A stretch of 64,000 nt of DNA from an uncultured Steroidobacter sp. GTDB lineage: Bacteria; Pseudomonadota; Gammaproteobacteria; Steroidobacterales; Steroidobacteraceae. Positions 50,581 to 60,633 of this stretch are shown here, one piece after another (position 1 is the first letter of the stretch; each line of letters starts with the position of its first letter). The position numbers and the translations under genes are program-made. Under the pieces are notes generated by a model. That model was given only the letters and a program-made list of their open reading frames with translations. It was not told the origin of the DNA and searched no databases. The DNA lies in NCBI GenBank assembly GCA_937958065.1, contig CALFXI010000058.1, positions 17,487-81,486 on the forward strand, read 5' to 3'.

Positions 50581-51933
50581 ATGCGAAAGTCCTTGCAGTC
50601 GCTGGTCGGCGCGACGCTGATGTTTGCTGCCGCCCTAACCTCCCACGCCGAAGGCATCACCGGGCCGGTGCGTCTGCTGACGCTCGACCCCGGCCATTTC
50701 CACGCCTCGCTGGTTCAGAAGTTCATGTACCAAGGCGTCGACCCGCAGGTGCACGTCTACGCCCCCAAAGGCGATGACGTGCTCGAGCACATGAAGCGCA
50801 TCGAAGGCTTCAACCGGCGAGCGGATCAGCCCACGAGCTGGCGGACCGAGCTCTACACCGGACCGGACTACCTGCAACGCATGCTCGCGGATCGCAGCGG
50901 CAATGTGGTCGTCATCTCGGGAAACAATGCACACAAGGCGCAATACATCCTGAGCTCCATCGAGACGGGGTTCAACGTGCTCGCCGACAAGCCGATGGCG
51001 ATCACGCCGCCCGACCTCGAGAAGCTCCAGCAGGCGTTCGCGCTCGCCGGGAAAAAAGGCACGCTGCTCTATGACATCATGACCGAGCGCTTCGAGATCA
51101 CTTCGATCCTGCAGCGCGAGCTGTCGCAGCGGCCGGAGCTGTTCGGCTCACTGCAGAAAGGCAGCGCCGCCGATCCCTCGATCCGCAAGGAAAGCGTGCA
51201 TCACTTCTCGAAAATCGTGGCCGGCTCGCCATTGAAGCGGCCGGAATGGTTCTTCGACGTGCGCCAGCAGGGCGAAGGGCTGGTGGATGTCACGACGCAT
51301 CTGGTGGACCTGGTGCAATGGCAGGCCTTCCCCGAGCAGGCCCTTCAGCCCGCGGACGCGAAAGTGCTGAGCGCGAAGCACAGCCGCACGCCCATCACGC
51401 TCGATCAGTTCAGCAAGGTCACCGGCGCGACAGCGTTCCCGGAATTCCTGAAATCGGACGTCCGGAACGGCGTGCTGAACGTCTACGCAAATGGCGAATT
51501 CACCTATCGGCTGCGCGACGTGCATGCACTGGTTTCGGTGAAGTGGGATTTCGAGGCACCGCCGGGCGGCGGCGATACGCACTTCTCGGTGATGCGCGGG
51601 ACCAAGGCCACGCTCATGATCGAGCAAGGCGCGGCTCAGCAGTTCAAGCCCGTCCTGTACATCGAAGGCACCCGGGACGAGGCGGCCGTGAAGAGCGCCA
51701 TCGCCTCTTTACAAGGCAAGTATCCCGGCGTGGGCGTACGCCGCGAAGGCGAGCGCTGGGCAGTCACCGTGCCGGAGAAATACAACGTCGGCCATGAAGC
51801 GCACTTCGCCCAGGTCACCGAGAACTTCCTGAAATACCTGCGCTCGGGCAAGCTGCCCGCATGGGAAGTGCCCAACATGCTGACCAAATATTCAACCATC
51901 ATGCAGGCGTATCAGCTCAGCCGCGCCCAGTGA
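50581..51933 (+). CDS. Secreted Gfo/Idh/MocA-related oxidoreductase
   Basis: Signal peptide; LDPGHFHASLVQK, NVLADKPM, YDIMTER, GEGLVDVTTHLVDL. Confidence 0.75.
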   Translation: MRKSLQSLVGATLMFAAALTSHAEGITGPVRLLTLDPGHFHASLVQKFMYQGVDPQVHVYAPKGDDVLEHMKRIEGFNRRADQPTSWRTELYTGPDYLQRMLADRSGNVVVISGNNAHKAQYILSSIETGFNVLADKPMAITPPDLEKLQQAFALAGKKGTLLYDIMTERFEITSILQRELSQRPELFGSLQKGSAADPSIRKESVHHFSKIVAGSPLKRPEWFFDVRQQGEGLVDVTTHLVDLVQWQAFPEQALQPADAKVLSAKHSRTPITLDQFSKVTGATAFPEFLKSDVRNGVLNVYANGEFTYRLRDVHALVSVKWDFEAPPGGGDTHFSVMRGTKATLMIEQGAAQQFKPVLYIEGTRDEAAVKSAIASLQGKYPGVGVRREGERWAVTVPEKYNVGHEAHFAQVTENFLKYLRSGKLPAWEVPNMLTKYSTIMQAYQLSRAQ

Positions 51934-51962
51934 CACTCGACCCACGATTCGAGCAAGGCGGA

Positions 51963-54488
51963 ATGCGATTTCATAGAACGGGCCTCGGCGCCCTTGCGGC
52001 CACCTGGCTGGCATTGATTCCTTTCTGGCAGGCCCAGGCACAAAGCGGCGACCGGCCCGGTGAGCAGCAAAAGCCACCGCCGGCGCACATCAAGATACCG
52101 CCCGCGCCTGCGCTGAAAGCCGAAGACGCACTGAAAACATTACGCGTCGCGCCCGGCTTTCGGGTGGAGCTCGTGGCGAGCGATCCGCTCCTGTTCGATC
52201 CTGTGGCCATCAGTATCGGCCCCGACGGGCGCATGTGGGTGGTCGCGATGCGTGCCTACATGCCGAATGCCGACGGTGTCGGCGAAGATGCGCCCATCGG
52301 AACGATCGCAACACTGGAAGATACGAACAACGACGGCCAGTACGACAAGCGTACCGAGTTCGCCGGTGGTCTGATCCTGCCGCGTGCGCTCGCTCTCGTG
52401 GGCGACGGCGTGCTGGTCGCCGAGCCGCCGAACCTCTGGTTCATGCGAGACACCGACAACGACGGCAAGGCCGACGACAAGCGACTGATCGCCAACGATT
52501 ACGGCAATCCCTCGAATCCGGAGCACAGCGCCAACGGCCTGCTCTGGGGCTTGGATAACTGGATCTACAGCGCCAACCACACCACGCGCTTTCGCTACCA
52601 GCGTGGCGAATGGAAGCGCGAACCGACGTCCTTTCGCGGTCAGTGGGGCATCGCGCAGGACGACTTCGGTCAGCTGTACTTCAACAACAACAGCGTCGCG
52701 CTCTACACGGACGCGCTGCCGGCCGAATATCTGCTCCGCAATCGCAGTCTGCCGAATCCCCGCGGCTCGAATGTGCAGCTGGCGCGCGCTGACGAAATAT
52801 CGGTGTGGCCGGCGCGCGTGACGACGGGCGTCAATCGCGGCTATCAAATCTTACGAGAAGACGGCACCCTGCCCGTCCTCACGGCGGCCAGCGGCCCTGC
52901 AATCTATCGCGGCTCGCTGTTCCCAGAGAGCTTCCGCGGTGATGCCTTCATCTGCGAGCCCGCCGGCAATATAGTCAAGCGGCTCGTGATCGAAGAGCGA
53001 GACGGCGTGCCTCGCGTACGCAACGCGTACGAGCGCACCGAATTCCTGGCCTCGACCGATGAACGATTCCGGCCGGTGAACCTCTACAACGGGCCCGACG
53101 GTTCGCTGTATGTGGTGGATATGTACCGCGGCATCATCCAGCACCGAATCTTCCTCACGACCTATCTGCGCAACCAGATCAAGGAACGCGGGCTCGAAGC
53201 GCCGCTCGGCATGGGGCGCGTCTATCGCATCGTGCCCGAAAATGCGCCGCGCCGTGCAGCTCCGAATCTGGCGAACGCCACACCATCGCAGCTCGTCAGC
53301 GCGCTCGATCATGAAGACGCGTGGGTGAGAGAAACTGCGCAGCGCCTGCTCGTCGAGCGTCAGGACGCAAGCGCCGTGTCCGCCCTGCGACGTTTGGTTA
53401 CGAACTCAGCTCGCCCAGCGACACGCGTTCATGCACTGTGGACGCTCGATGGCGTTGACGCAGTCGATTGGCCCACGGCCGCGGCCGGCCTGCGCGATGC
53501 CGAGCCACGCGTCGCCGCGACCGCCGCTCGGGTAGCCGAGAAGTTCCTGACGACGGATCCAGAGCGCACGATCAAGGCGCTGTTGGAACGTGCGCGATGG
53601 AATGAACCAGCAGTGGTTCGTCAGGTTGCCCTATCGCTGGGCAAAGCCGAGGGAAAGCACGCAGACACGGCCCTGCTGGAACTGGCCCGACAAGCGGGCG
53701 CGCAGCCGTACGTGGCGGACGCCATCGTCAGCAGCATCGGCGGCCGCGAACCGGCTTTTGTGAACTCCCTGATTGCGACCGAGAACAAGGCCGATATTTC
53801 CAACGCATCCACCGTGCTCGCCGTTGCCACAGCCACGGTGTTACAGACGGGCGAAGTTGATCAGAGCGAGGCACTGCTCAGTCGTCTCACTCAACCGAAG
53901 ACGAGCGCTTGGGTCCGCACAGCGTTGCTCGACGGCATCGATCGCCTCATCCCTCGCGCCGACGATGGTTCGAGACGCATGGCCTATCTGGCCGCCGAGC
54001 CCAAAGCGCTGCTCACCTATGCGTCGAGCGGTGCGGCCGATGCGCCTAGAGCCGCGCAGCTGGCGAAGTTCCTGCGCTGGCGTGGCTCCACGGTAGACAC
54101 GGCCGCGTCACTCGCGAAATTGACACCCGAACAACGCGCCCTCTATGACAAAGGACGCAGCGCGTTCGCCGTGTGCGCCGCCTGTCACCAGGAAGAAGGC
54201 CAGGGAATGAAGGGCCTCGCGCCCGCGCTCGCCGGATCTCAATGGGTCAACAGCTCGCCGCAAGCGGTCGTGCGCATCGTGCTCAATGGCAAGGTTGATC
54301 AACTCGCCATGCCCGGGCTCGGCGGCGCGCTCGATGATGAGGCGATCGCATCGATTCTCACGTACGTGCGACGCTCCTGGGGCAACGAAGCGAGCCCCAT
54401 CGACGCTCGCACCGTCAAATCCATCCGCGACGTCGTATCACATCGCGATGAGCCATGGAGCGACGAAGAGCTGCAACCGCTGCGCTGA
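51963..54488 (+). CDS. PVC-type heme-binding dehydrogenase-like protein (beta-propeller, HEAT repeats, monoheme cytochrome c)
   Basis: PGFRVELVASDP, GPDGRMWVV, NGLLWGLDNWIY, DERFRPV, GPDGSLYVVDMYRGII, HEAT repeats, CAACH, distal MPG. Confidence 0.87.
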   Translation: MRFHRTGLGALAATWLALIPFWQAQAQSGDRPGEQQKPPPAHIKIPPAPALKAEDALKTLRVAPGFRVELVASDPLLFDPVAISIGPDGRMWVVAMRAYMPNADGVGEDAPIGTIATLEDTNNDGQYDKRTEFAGGLILPRALALVGDGVLVAEPPNLWFMRDTDNDGKADDKRLIANDYGNPSNPEHSANGLLWGLDNWIYSANHTTRFRYQRGEWKREPTSFRGQWGIAQDDFGQLYFNNNSVALYTDALPAEYLLRNRSLPNPRGSNVQLARADEISVWPARVTTGVNRGYQILREDGTLPVLTAASGPAIYRGSLFPESFRGDAFICEPAGNIVKRLVIEERDGVPRVRNAYERTEFLASTDERFRPVNLYNGPDGSLYVVDMYRGIIQHRIFLTTYLRNQIKERGLEAPLGMGRVYRIVPENAPRRAAPNLANATPSQLVSALDHEDAWVRETAQRLLVERQDASAVSALRRLVTNSARPATRVHALWTLDGVDAVDWPTAAAGLRDAEPRVAATAARVAEKFLTTDPERTIKALLERARWNEPAVVRQVALSLGKAEGKHADTALLELARQAGAQPYVADAIVSSIGGREPAFVNSLIATENKADISNASTVLAVATATVLQTGEVDQSEALLSRLTQPKTSAWVRTALLDGIDRLIPRADDGSRRMAYLAAEPKALLTYASSGAADAPRAAQLAKFLRWRGSTVDTAASLAKLTPEQRALYDKGRSAFAVCAACHQEEGQGMKGLAPALAGSQWVNSSPQAVVRIVLNGKVDQLAMPGLGGALDDEAIASILTYVRRSWGNEASPIDARTVKSIRDVVSHRDEPWSDEELQPLR

Positions 54489-54492
54489 CGAC

Positions 54493-56142
54493 CTACGGCT
54501 CACCTCGCGGCGCGCGTTGTGCGTCAGGCGCAAACACAGCCGCGAGCTCGTCGCCCTCGTACCATAGCGGACGCTCCGGCGCGTTGGCGGCCGCTGCAAT
54601 CACACCATAGATGTACTGTCCCCAGCGCTGCGCCACATCCCACTGCAGCGGCAAGCTCATGTCATCGGAAGGCTGGTGATAATGACGCGACTCGTATTCG
54701 TCCCAGGTCGTTACATCCATGCCGCCGCTGCGAGTCCGGCCGCGATCCGGATTGGGGAACAACACAGGAATGCCCATGCGCAAAAAAGGATACTGATCGC
54801 TCAGCGCGAGGTTGCCTCGACCAGGAATCGGATCCGGCGCATGCACCGCATCGATGGCCCGTGCCGCCTCGAGCGACATCCGCCCCAATGTCGAGTGTTC
54901 GGCGCCGAGCGCAACGATGCCGGCGAAGTCGTGAAAGGCCATGAGCCCGTCCACACTGATCGCGCCGACGATCTGCCGCAGCGGCACCGAGGGATGCTCG
55001 ACGAAATAATCCGAGCCCAGCAACCCCTTCTCCTCCGCCGTGGTCGCAAAGAACAGCACCGATCGCTTCGCGCCGCCCTGCGCACGCAGCACTCGCGCGG
55101 CTTCCAACATCACGGCAATACCGCCGGCGTTGTCGACGGCACCGTTGTAAATCACATCGCTGCCCGTCTTCGTGCCGACCCACGTGTCCAGATGCGAGAC
55201 GATGGCCACATACTCACGCTTCAACACAGGATCCGTGCCGGGCAGCACGCCGATGACGTTGGGGCTCGACAGATCCTCATGGAACGATTTACGCGAGAGT
55301 CGTATCTGCGCTGGCAGCTCGAAGCCGCGGGGTGGCGAAGTCAGCGGTTGCTCATAGATGCGATCGATGTCGCGACGGGCCTGGGCAAACAGTGTCCTGG
55401 CGGCGCGTGGCCCGAGCGTCACCGTCGCTTTGACGGGCGACGCTGCCGCACTGTGCTGCGGATCGATCCATCCCAATGCTGGCAAGGGCCGGACCTGCCG
55501 GACCATTTCCCAGGGGGAAAACCGCTCTCGCTCGGGTGACTTCAGCGTCAGCAGAGCGATCGCCCCTGCTTCGGCGGCCATTCGTTCCTTCTGTCGCGTC
55601 CAGCTGTAATGCGCGCGCAGCGCGCCCGGAAAACTCGCCGGCGCTCCCTCGAGAATCACGACAGCCTTGCCCTTCACGTTCAGGCCGGAGTAATCGTCGT
55701 GCTTCAGGCTCGGCGCCCGGATGCCCCAGCCTGCAAACACCAGCTGCGCCTCGATCTGCTCATCGGTCGAGTAAGGGCTGGCATCGACCGCGATATCCTG
55801 TCCGTTCTCGAAAACGAGCGGGCCCGTCTTGGTGAGCAACTCGAACCGGACGCCATTGCTGTGTAACGAGCGACGCCGCAGCGGCACTTGCTGAAAGAAA
55901 TCCGGCTGCCCCGGCACGGGCACCAATCCATGGGAAGCGAACTGCGCGGCCACATAGGTCGCTGCAATGTCATAGCCCTGCGTGCCTGCTTCACGCCCTC
56001 CGAGTACGTCGGCGGCAAGAAATGCGGTGTGCGCCTTGATGGCATCGGCCGAGACGGCGGCTGTCTCCGCATTGCTCTGATGAGCGAGCACTCCCAAGCA
56101 GCATGTCACCAAGCCGTGCAGCCAGATCCGTTGGTATGTCAT
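54493..56142 (-). CDS. M28 family metallopeptidase with PA domain
   Basis: GREAGTQG, GAVDNAGG, TAEEKGLLGS, SDQYPF, YHQPSDD. Confidence 0.9.
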   Translation of the reverse strand: MTYQRIWLHGLVTCCLGVLAHQSNAETAAVSADAIKAHTAFLAADVLGGREAGTQGYDIAATYVAAQFASHGLVPVPGQPDFFQQVPLRRRSLHSNGVRFELLTKTGPLVFENGQDIAVDASPYSTDEQIEAQLVFAGWGIRAPSLKHDDYSGLNVKGKAVVILEGAPASFPGALRAHYSWTRQKERMAAEAGAIALLTLKSPERERFSPWEMVRQVRPLPALGWIDPQHSAAASPVKATVTLGPRAARTLFAQARRDIDRIYEQPLTSPPRGFELPAQIRLSRKSFHEDLSSPNVIGVLPGTDPVLKREYVAIVSHLDTWVGTKTGSDVIYNGAVDNAGGIAVMLEAARVLRAQGGAKRSVLFFATTAEEKGLLGSDYFVEHPSVPLRQIVGAISVDGLMAFHDFAGIVALGAEHSTLGRMSLEAARAIDAVHAPDPIPGRGNLALSDQYPFLRMGIPVLFPNPDRGRTRSGGMDVTTWDEYESRHYHQPSDDMSLPLQWDVAQRWGQYIYGVIAAAANAPERPLWYEGDELAAVFAPDAQRAPRGEP

Positions 56143-56263
56143 TCAAACAAACATCATGATCGCAAGGACGGCTAGCTTCTCACATCCGCGTGGCGGGCTC
56201 GCGCACCAACGGACGATCGGCCGAAATGCGCAATCGACGCCATCGAGCGACGCTTGAAAAGGC

Positions 56264-57037
56264 TTACCGGTCGAAGGTCGCCGTCTCGCGGCCTTGCGTG
56301 GAGTCGAGACCGAACGCTTTATCGAGCCCGCGCGCGCCGACGAAGATGGCATTGTGAATCTGGGCATCGGTCAGGATGGCGCCTTCGAGCCTCGCACCGC
56401 TCAGGTTGGCGCCCGCCAGATTCACCCGGCTCAGATCGGCGCGCGTGAGATCGGCTTCACGCAGATCGGCATAGCTCAGATCCCCACGCGACAGATCGGC
56501 GCCGATCAGCTTCGCCCCTTTGAGCGACGCATGCGTGAGCACGATCCGGATCAGTCCCATGGGCTGATTGCGCATGTCGGCCCCCGATCTCAAATCGGAC
56601 AGGTCCGCGCCATCCAGATTGGCGTGATCGAGCTTGCTCATCAGATGCGCGCCGCGCAGATCGGCGCCCGCCAGATTCGCGTTGTCCAGCAGCACGCCGA
56701 AGATGTTCGCTTCCTGCAGATTCGCTTTCACCAACACCGCATTGCGCAGCAGCGTCAGATTCAAGTTGCAGCGAGCGAGATTGGCATTGGAAAGATTGGC
56801 GCCATCCAGATTCGCACCGAACAATCTGGCACCTCGAAAATCGATGCCGGAAAGATCCACACCGGCCGCTTGCAGATTGGATAGATCCGTCGCACCGGAT
56901 TTGAGCTGCGATATCACTTCCTCCCGAGTGGCGGGCGCAGCGAATGATGCACCGGCGAGCAACATCGGCGCCGCCAGCCACGCACCGACCAGCCACCTGC
57001 ATCGCCACAAACCGCTTCGATGTTTCCTGCTACGCAC
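56264..57037 (-). CDS. Secreted pentapeptide-repeat protein (PedD-like)
   Basis: A(D/N)LXX repeats interrupted by GADMRNQPMGLIR; signal-like N-terminus. Confidence 0.85.
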   Translation of the reverse strand: MRSRKHRSGLWRCRWLVGAWLAAPMLLAGASFAAPATREEVISQLKSGATDLSNLQAAGVDLSGIDFRGARLFGANLDGANLSNANLARCNLNLTLLRNAVLVKANLQEANIFGVLLDNANLAGADLRGAHLMSKLDHANLDGADLSDLRSGADMRNQPMGLIRIVLTHASLKGAKLIGADLSRGDLSYADLREADLTRADLSRVNLAGANLSGARLEGAILTDAQIHNAIFVGARGLDKAFGLDSTQGRETATFDR

Positions 57038-57083
57038 GCGTCTGCCTCGTTTGATGAATGTTTCTCCACGGCAACGACTGTCT

Positions 57084-57125
57084 CACTGTTCCGATGTGTG
57101 CCGTAACAGTGTCACGCATTGACAC
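57084..57125. promoter_or_regulatory. Overlapping dyads, candidate enhancer (bEBP) sites
   Basis: CACTGTT-N14-AACAGTG (57084-57111) and GTGTCA-N5-TGACAC (57109-57125), about 130-170 bp upstream of a sigma54 promoter. Confidence 0.5.
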
Positions 57126-57255
57126 ATCGTGATCTGTTGCCGATACCACACACTCACACGTTTGCTCCTCTGCTGGCTGCAAACAATGGACCGATGCATA
57201 TTTGTTTCCTACGACTGCGCATCGCGATTCGCAAACGCACCCGCGACATTCGAAG

Positions 57256-57271
57256 TGGCATAGCGCTTGCT
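57256..57271 (+). promoter_or_regulatory. sigma54 (-24/-12) promoter of the porin gene
   Basis: TGGCAT-AGCGC-TTGCT; invariant GG and GC at canonical spacing; ATG 39 nt downstream. Confidence 0.75.
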
Positions 57272-57310
57272 AACACTGTGGAACGGTCAACATCCGTTCG
57301 GGAAAACGTC

Positions 57311-58555
57311 ATGCGCATCAAAGAACGCACCAATGGTTTCAGCTCTCCGTTCTGGTACACGGCAGCAGCCGCGCTGCTAGCTGCAAGTTTCTCGCCTCGC
57401 AATGCCTCGGCAGTAGAAGTCTCCGCCGGCGACTGGAAGCTGACGGCCAAGGGCAATGTGAACGTTTATTACATTCGTTCCAGCTGCGAAGACGAACGCT
57501 CGGCCGGCGTGACCGGCGGACTCGCCTGTCGCGGCGCCGCCGGAGAAGAAAAATCGTCCTCGGTCAGCAACGGTCTGCTGCCCGCGGCGCTCGCGATCAG
57601 TGCTGCCACGACCCAGAAGAGCCTGGACCTGTCGGTCACTTTCGGATTCTATCCAGGCATCAGCACCAACGACGGCAGTCCGAACCTGCAGCAAGGCGCC
57701 ACCGAACTGAATACCGCGCTGGGCACGACCGCCATCGACATGCGTCAGGTGTTTCTGACCATCGGCAACGACAAGATCGGCGAGTTCAAGCTCGGTCGCG
57801 ACCTCGGCCTGTTCGGCAGCGATGCGATCCTGAACGACATGACCTTGCCGGGCGTCGGCGGGGGCAATGGCAATTATGCGGCGCCGGCGAATACGTCGTT
57901 GGGCTCGATCGGACTCGGCTATATCTACGCGGACTGGTACGCCCAGATGAACTACACGACGCCGAGCCTGGCCGGTTTCAAAGCGACGATCGGCATCTTC
58001 GATCCGCTCGAGCCCATCGGACAAGCCATTCCTACGCCCAAACGCACGCCCGGCTACCACGGCAAGATCGCCTACAAGAGCGACTTGTTCTATGCGTCGG
58101 CGAGCTACATGTCGCAGAAGCAGAATGATCCGCTCACCCTGCGTGACTTCAGAAGCCACGGCTGGGATGCCGGCGGCAAGGTGATGCTGTACGGGTTCGA
58201 AGTGCTCGGCTGGTATTACAACGGCAAGGGCATGGGAACGACCGCGTTGTTCCTGTTCGGCGCCACGCCCCTCAGCCAGGAACGCGATTCGGATGGTTTC
58301 CTCGCCCAGGCCACCTACAAGTTCCACGACCTCAAGGTCGGCGTCAATTACGGCCGGAGCAATCTGGATCTCGCCTCCGGCGAGCTGCCTTCGGACCTGG
58401 TGAGGAGAAACGAGAAATACACGGCGGGTGTCTACTACTCGCTCACCGAGAACCTGACGCTGATCGGCGAGTACTCCGATATCAAAGCCAGGTCTCACAA
58501 CAACATCGAGAACAAGAGCAACAACTTCAACATCGGTGCTTATCTGTCGTTCTGA
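57311..58555 (+). CDS. Outer-membrane porin
   Basis: Signal peptide, alternating beta strands, GEFKLGRDLGLFG, C-terminal NIGAYLSF. Confidence 0.85.
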   Translation: MRIKERTNGFSSPFWYTAAAALLAASFSPRNASAVEVSAGDWKLTAKGNVNVYYIRSSCEDERSAGVTGGLACRGAAGEEKSSSVSNGLLPAALAISAATTQKSLDLSVTFGFYPGISTNDGSPNLQQGATELNTALGTTAIDMRQVFLTIGNDKIGEFKLGRDLGLFGSDAILNDMTLPGVGGGNGNYAAPANTSLGSIGLGYIYADWYAQMNYTTPSLAGFKATIGIFDPLEPIGQAIPTPKRTPGYHGKIAYKSDLFYASASYMSQKQNDPLTLRDFRSHGWDAGGKVMLYGFEVLGWYYNGKGMGTTALFLFGATPLSQERDSDGFLAQATYKFHDLKVGVNYGRSNLDLASGELPSDLVRRNEKYTAGVYYSLTENLTLIGEYSDIKARSHNNIENKSNNFNIGAYLSF

Positions 58556-58567
58556 GATCTGGCCCCA

Positions 58568-58593
58568 CGACGGCGCCCGAACGGGCGCCGTCG
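58568..58593. terminator. Strong hairpin after porin
   Basis: CGACGGCGCCC-GAAC-GGGCGCCGTCG; no U-tract, so role uncertain. Confidence 0.45.
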
Positions 58594-58947
58594 ACCACAA
58601 ACCGACCTGCAGTACTGCTCGGGCGCAGGTGGCGCGCTCGATAATCCATGATGCCGGTGCCAGAGCAGTCGCGAGCAACCTGCCTCAAGTCATGACGGGC
58701 GCTGCCGATCCTCGCAGCAATCAAATAGAAACATTGGCTTGAGCCGCTCTGGCGTGGCTCGCGCGAAATTAACATTCGAGGGCATGCTCGCCCAGTAATG
58801 GTGATGCCATTCGACGTCGTGCTATATCCCCTGCGCCGTCAATTCCGTGATGAGCGATCCATAGCCGCAGAGCGGAACGCGGCAGCAGCTCCGCGTGCCG
58901 TTGGCACGTGCGAATCATCAACATGAATCGATGCTCAGGGGATACAC

Positions 58948-59814
58948 ATGGAAAGGAAGAACTCCCGCCGCAGATGGGCCATTGGACTGGGTTTGTTGAT
59001 CCTGGCCACCAGCGCGCACGCGCAAACGAATCCCTATCAGAAAGGGCCTGATCCAACCTCCGCTTCACTGAACGCAACCAGCGGTCCATTCACCGTCGCC
59101 ACCTCCAGCGTGTCCAGTCTCGTGGTCGGCTTCGGTGGCGGCACGATCTACTACCCGACGACCACCGGCACTTACGCCGTGCTCGCGATTTGCCCGGGCT
59201 TCACCGCGACTCAATCGTCCATCGCGTGGCTGGGGCGCCGGATCGCAACGCACGGCTTCGTCGTGATCACGATCGATACGAACACCACGCTGGACCAACC
59301 GCCGAGCCGCGCGACGCAGTTGATGGCCGCGTTGAACTACGTGACCAATTCGAGCAGCGCCACGGTTCGCAGCCGAGTCGATGCATCACGTCGCGGCGTT
59401 GCCGGCCACTCGATGGGCGGCGGCGGAACGCTGTATGCCGCACGTGACAATCCTTCGCTGAAAGCGGCGGTGCCCTTGACCGCATGGAGCACATTGAAAT
59501 CTTTCTCGAGCATGCAGGTGCCAACGCTCGTCATCGGCGCGGAGGCGGACAGCGTCGCCTCGGTGTCATCGCATTCCATTCCGTTCTACAACAGCCTGTC
59601 GAGCTCGCTCGACAAGGCGTATGCGGAGTTGAATGGGGCCTCGCACTTCGCGCCCAACACCACCAATACGCCGATCGGCCGTTATTCGGTAGCCTGGGTG
59701 AAACGCTTCATGGATAACGACACTCGCTATACGCCATTCCTGTGCGGCGCGCCTCATCAGAGCTACGCCACGTCGCTGGTGTTCTCGGACTATCGATCGA
59801 CCTGTCCGTACTGA
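58948..59814 (+). CDS. Secreted type I PET hydrolase/cutinase-like alpha/beta hydrolase
   Basis: [47 protein letters not shown] (Ser), LTAW, ADSVA (Asp), GASHFAPN (His), [13 protein letters not shown]...TCPY. Confidence 0.93.
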   Translation: MERKNSRRRWAIGLGLLILATSAHAQTNPYQKGPDPTSASLNATSGPFTVATSSVSSLVVGFGGGTIYYPTTTGTYAVLAICPGFTATQSSIAWLGRRIATHGFVVITIDTNTTLDQPPSRATQLMAALNYVTNSSSATVRSRVDASRRGVAGHSMGGGGTLYAARDNPSLKAAVPLTAWSTLKSFSSMQVPTLVIGAEADSVASVSSHSIPFYNSLSSSLDKAYAELNGASHFAPNTTNTPIGRYSVAWVKRFMDNDTRYTPFLCGAPHQSYATSLVFSDYRSTCPY

Positions 59815-59830
59815 ACGCAGTCTCGCGTTC

Positions 59831-59864
59831 GGATGGCGGCCCTGGGTGCCGCCATCCTCTTTTG
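59831..59864 (+). terminator. Intrinsic terminator between hydrolase and chaperone genes
   Basis: GGATGGCGGC-CCTGGGT-GCCGCCATCC-TCTTTTG. Confidence 0.7.
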
Positions 59865-59883
59865 AACCAGCAAGGAGCAATGC

Positions 59884-60576
59884 ATGCGAACCCGTCCGCT
59901 TGTCGTCATTTGTTTGATGGTTGCAGTGGGCATTGCGGTGATTTGGTGGGTGCGGACCAATGGCCCGCAACCGGTTGCGTCGCGCGCGGCGGACGAACCT
60001 GCAGCGACGACGCAAGCAGCAGTAAAGCCCAACGAAGAGATCGACGCGACCGAGCCCAGCCGTCCCATCACGCCGGCGCCCGCGCCAGACTCGCCGCCGG
60101 CCAGAACCGACGGCGTCCACCCGTTCCGCGTCGACGGCACAGGCAAACTCGTTATGGACGAACAAACCCGACTCAACATGGAAGCGTTGTTCGCACACAC
60201 CGACGCCGCCGATCTCTCCCAAGCGCAGCAGAACGCCACGGCAACGCTGCCGCCTGCCGCAGCAACCGAAGCGGCGGCCTTGCTCCAGCAGTACGACAAT
60301 TATTCAAAAGCACAGCGACAGTCGTATCCGCCTGGCAACGCACCCGCCACTGAAGAGGCGGCGCTGGCCGAGCTCGACGGCTTGCATGCATTACGGGTCG
60401 CGCACTTCGGACCGGAAGTCGCCAAGGCGCTGTATGGCGCCGAGGAAGACCTCACCCGCTCGCTGATCGAGCTCATGCGCCTGGAAAAAGATCAAAGCCT
60501 CACGTTGCAGGAAAAAGCCGAGCGCGCCCAGCGGTTGCATGACGAGATCGAGGCCCGGCAACAGGGCCGCCGTTAG
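59884..60576 (+). CDS. Lipase chaperone (foldase)-like membrane-anchored protein
   Basis: N-terminal TM, Pro/Ala linker, helical C-terminus LLQQYDNY...LHALRVAHFGPEVAKALYGAEE; position directly after a secreted esterase. Confidence 0.72.
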   Translation: MRTRPLVVICLMVAVGIAVIWWVRTNGPQPVASRAADEPAATTQAAVKPNEEIDATEPSRPITPAPAPDSPPARTDGVHPFRVDGTGKLVMDEQTRLNMEALFAHTDAADLSQAQQNATATLPPAAATEAAALLQQYDNYSKAQRQSYPPGNAPATEEAALAELDGLHALRVAHFGPEVAKALYGAEEDLTRSLIELMRLEKDQSLTLQEKAERAQRLHDEIEARQQGRR

Positions 60577-60633
60577 CTCGTGCCATTGGTTCGCTGGCTC
60601 GACCGAATGGCGGCGCCGTCGTAACATCCATGC

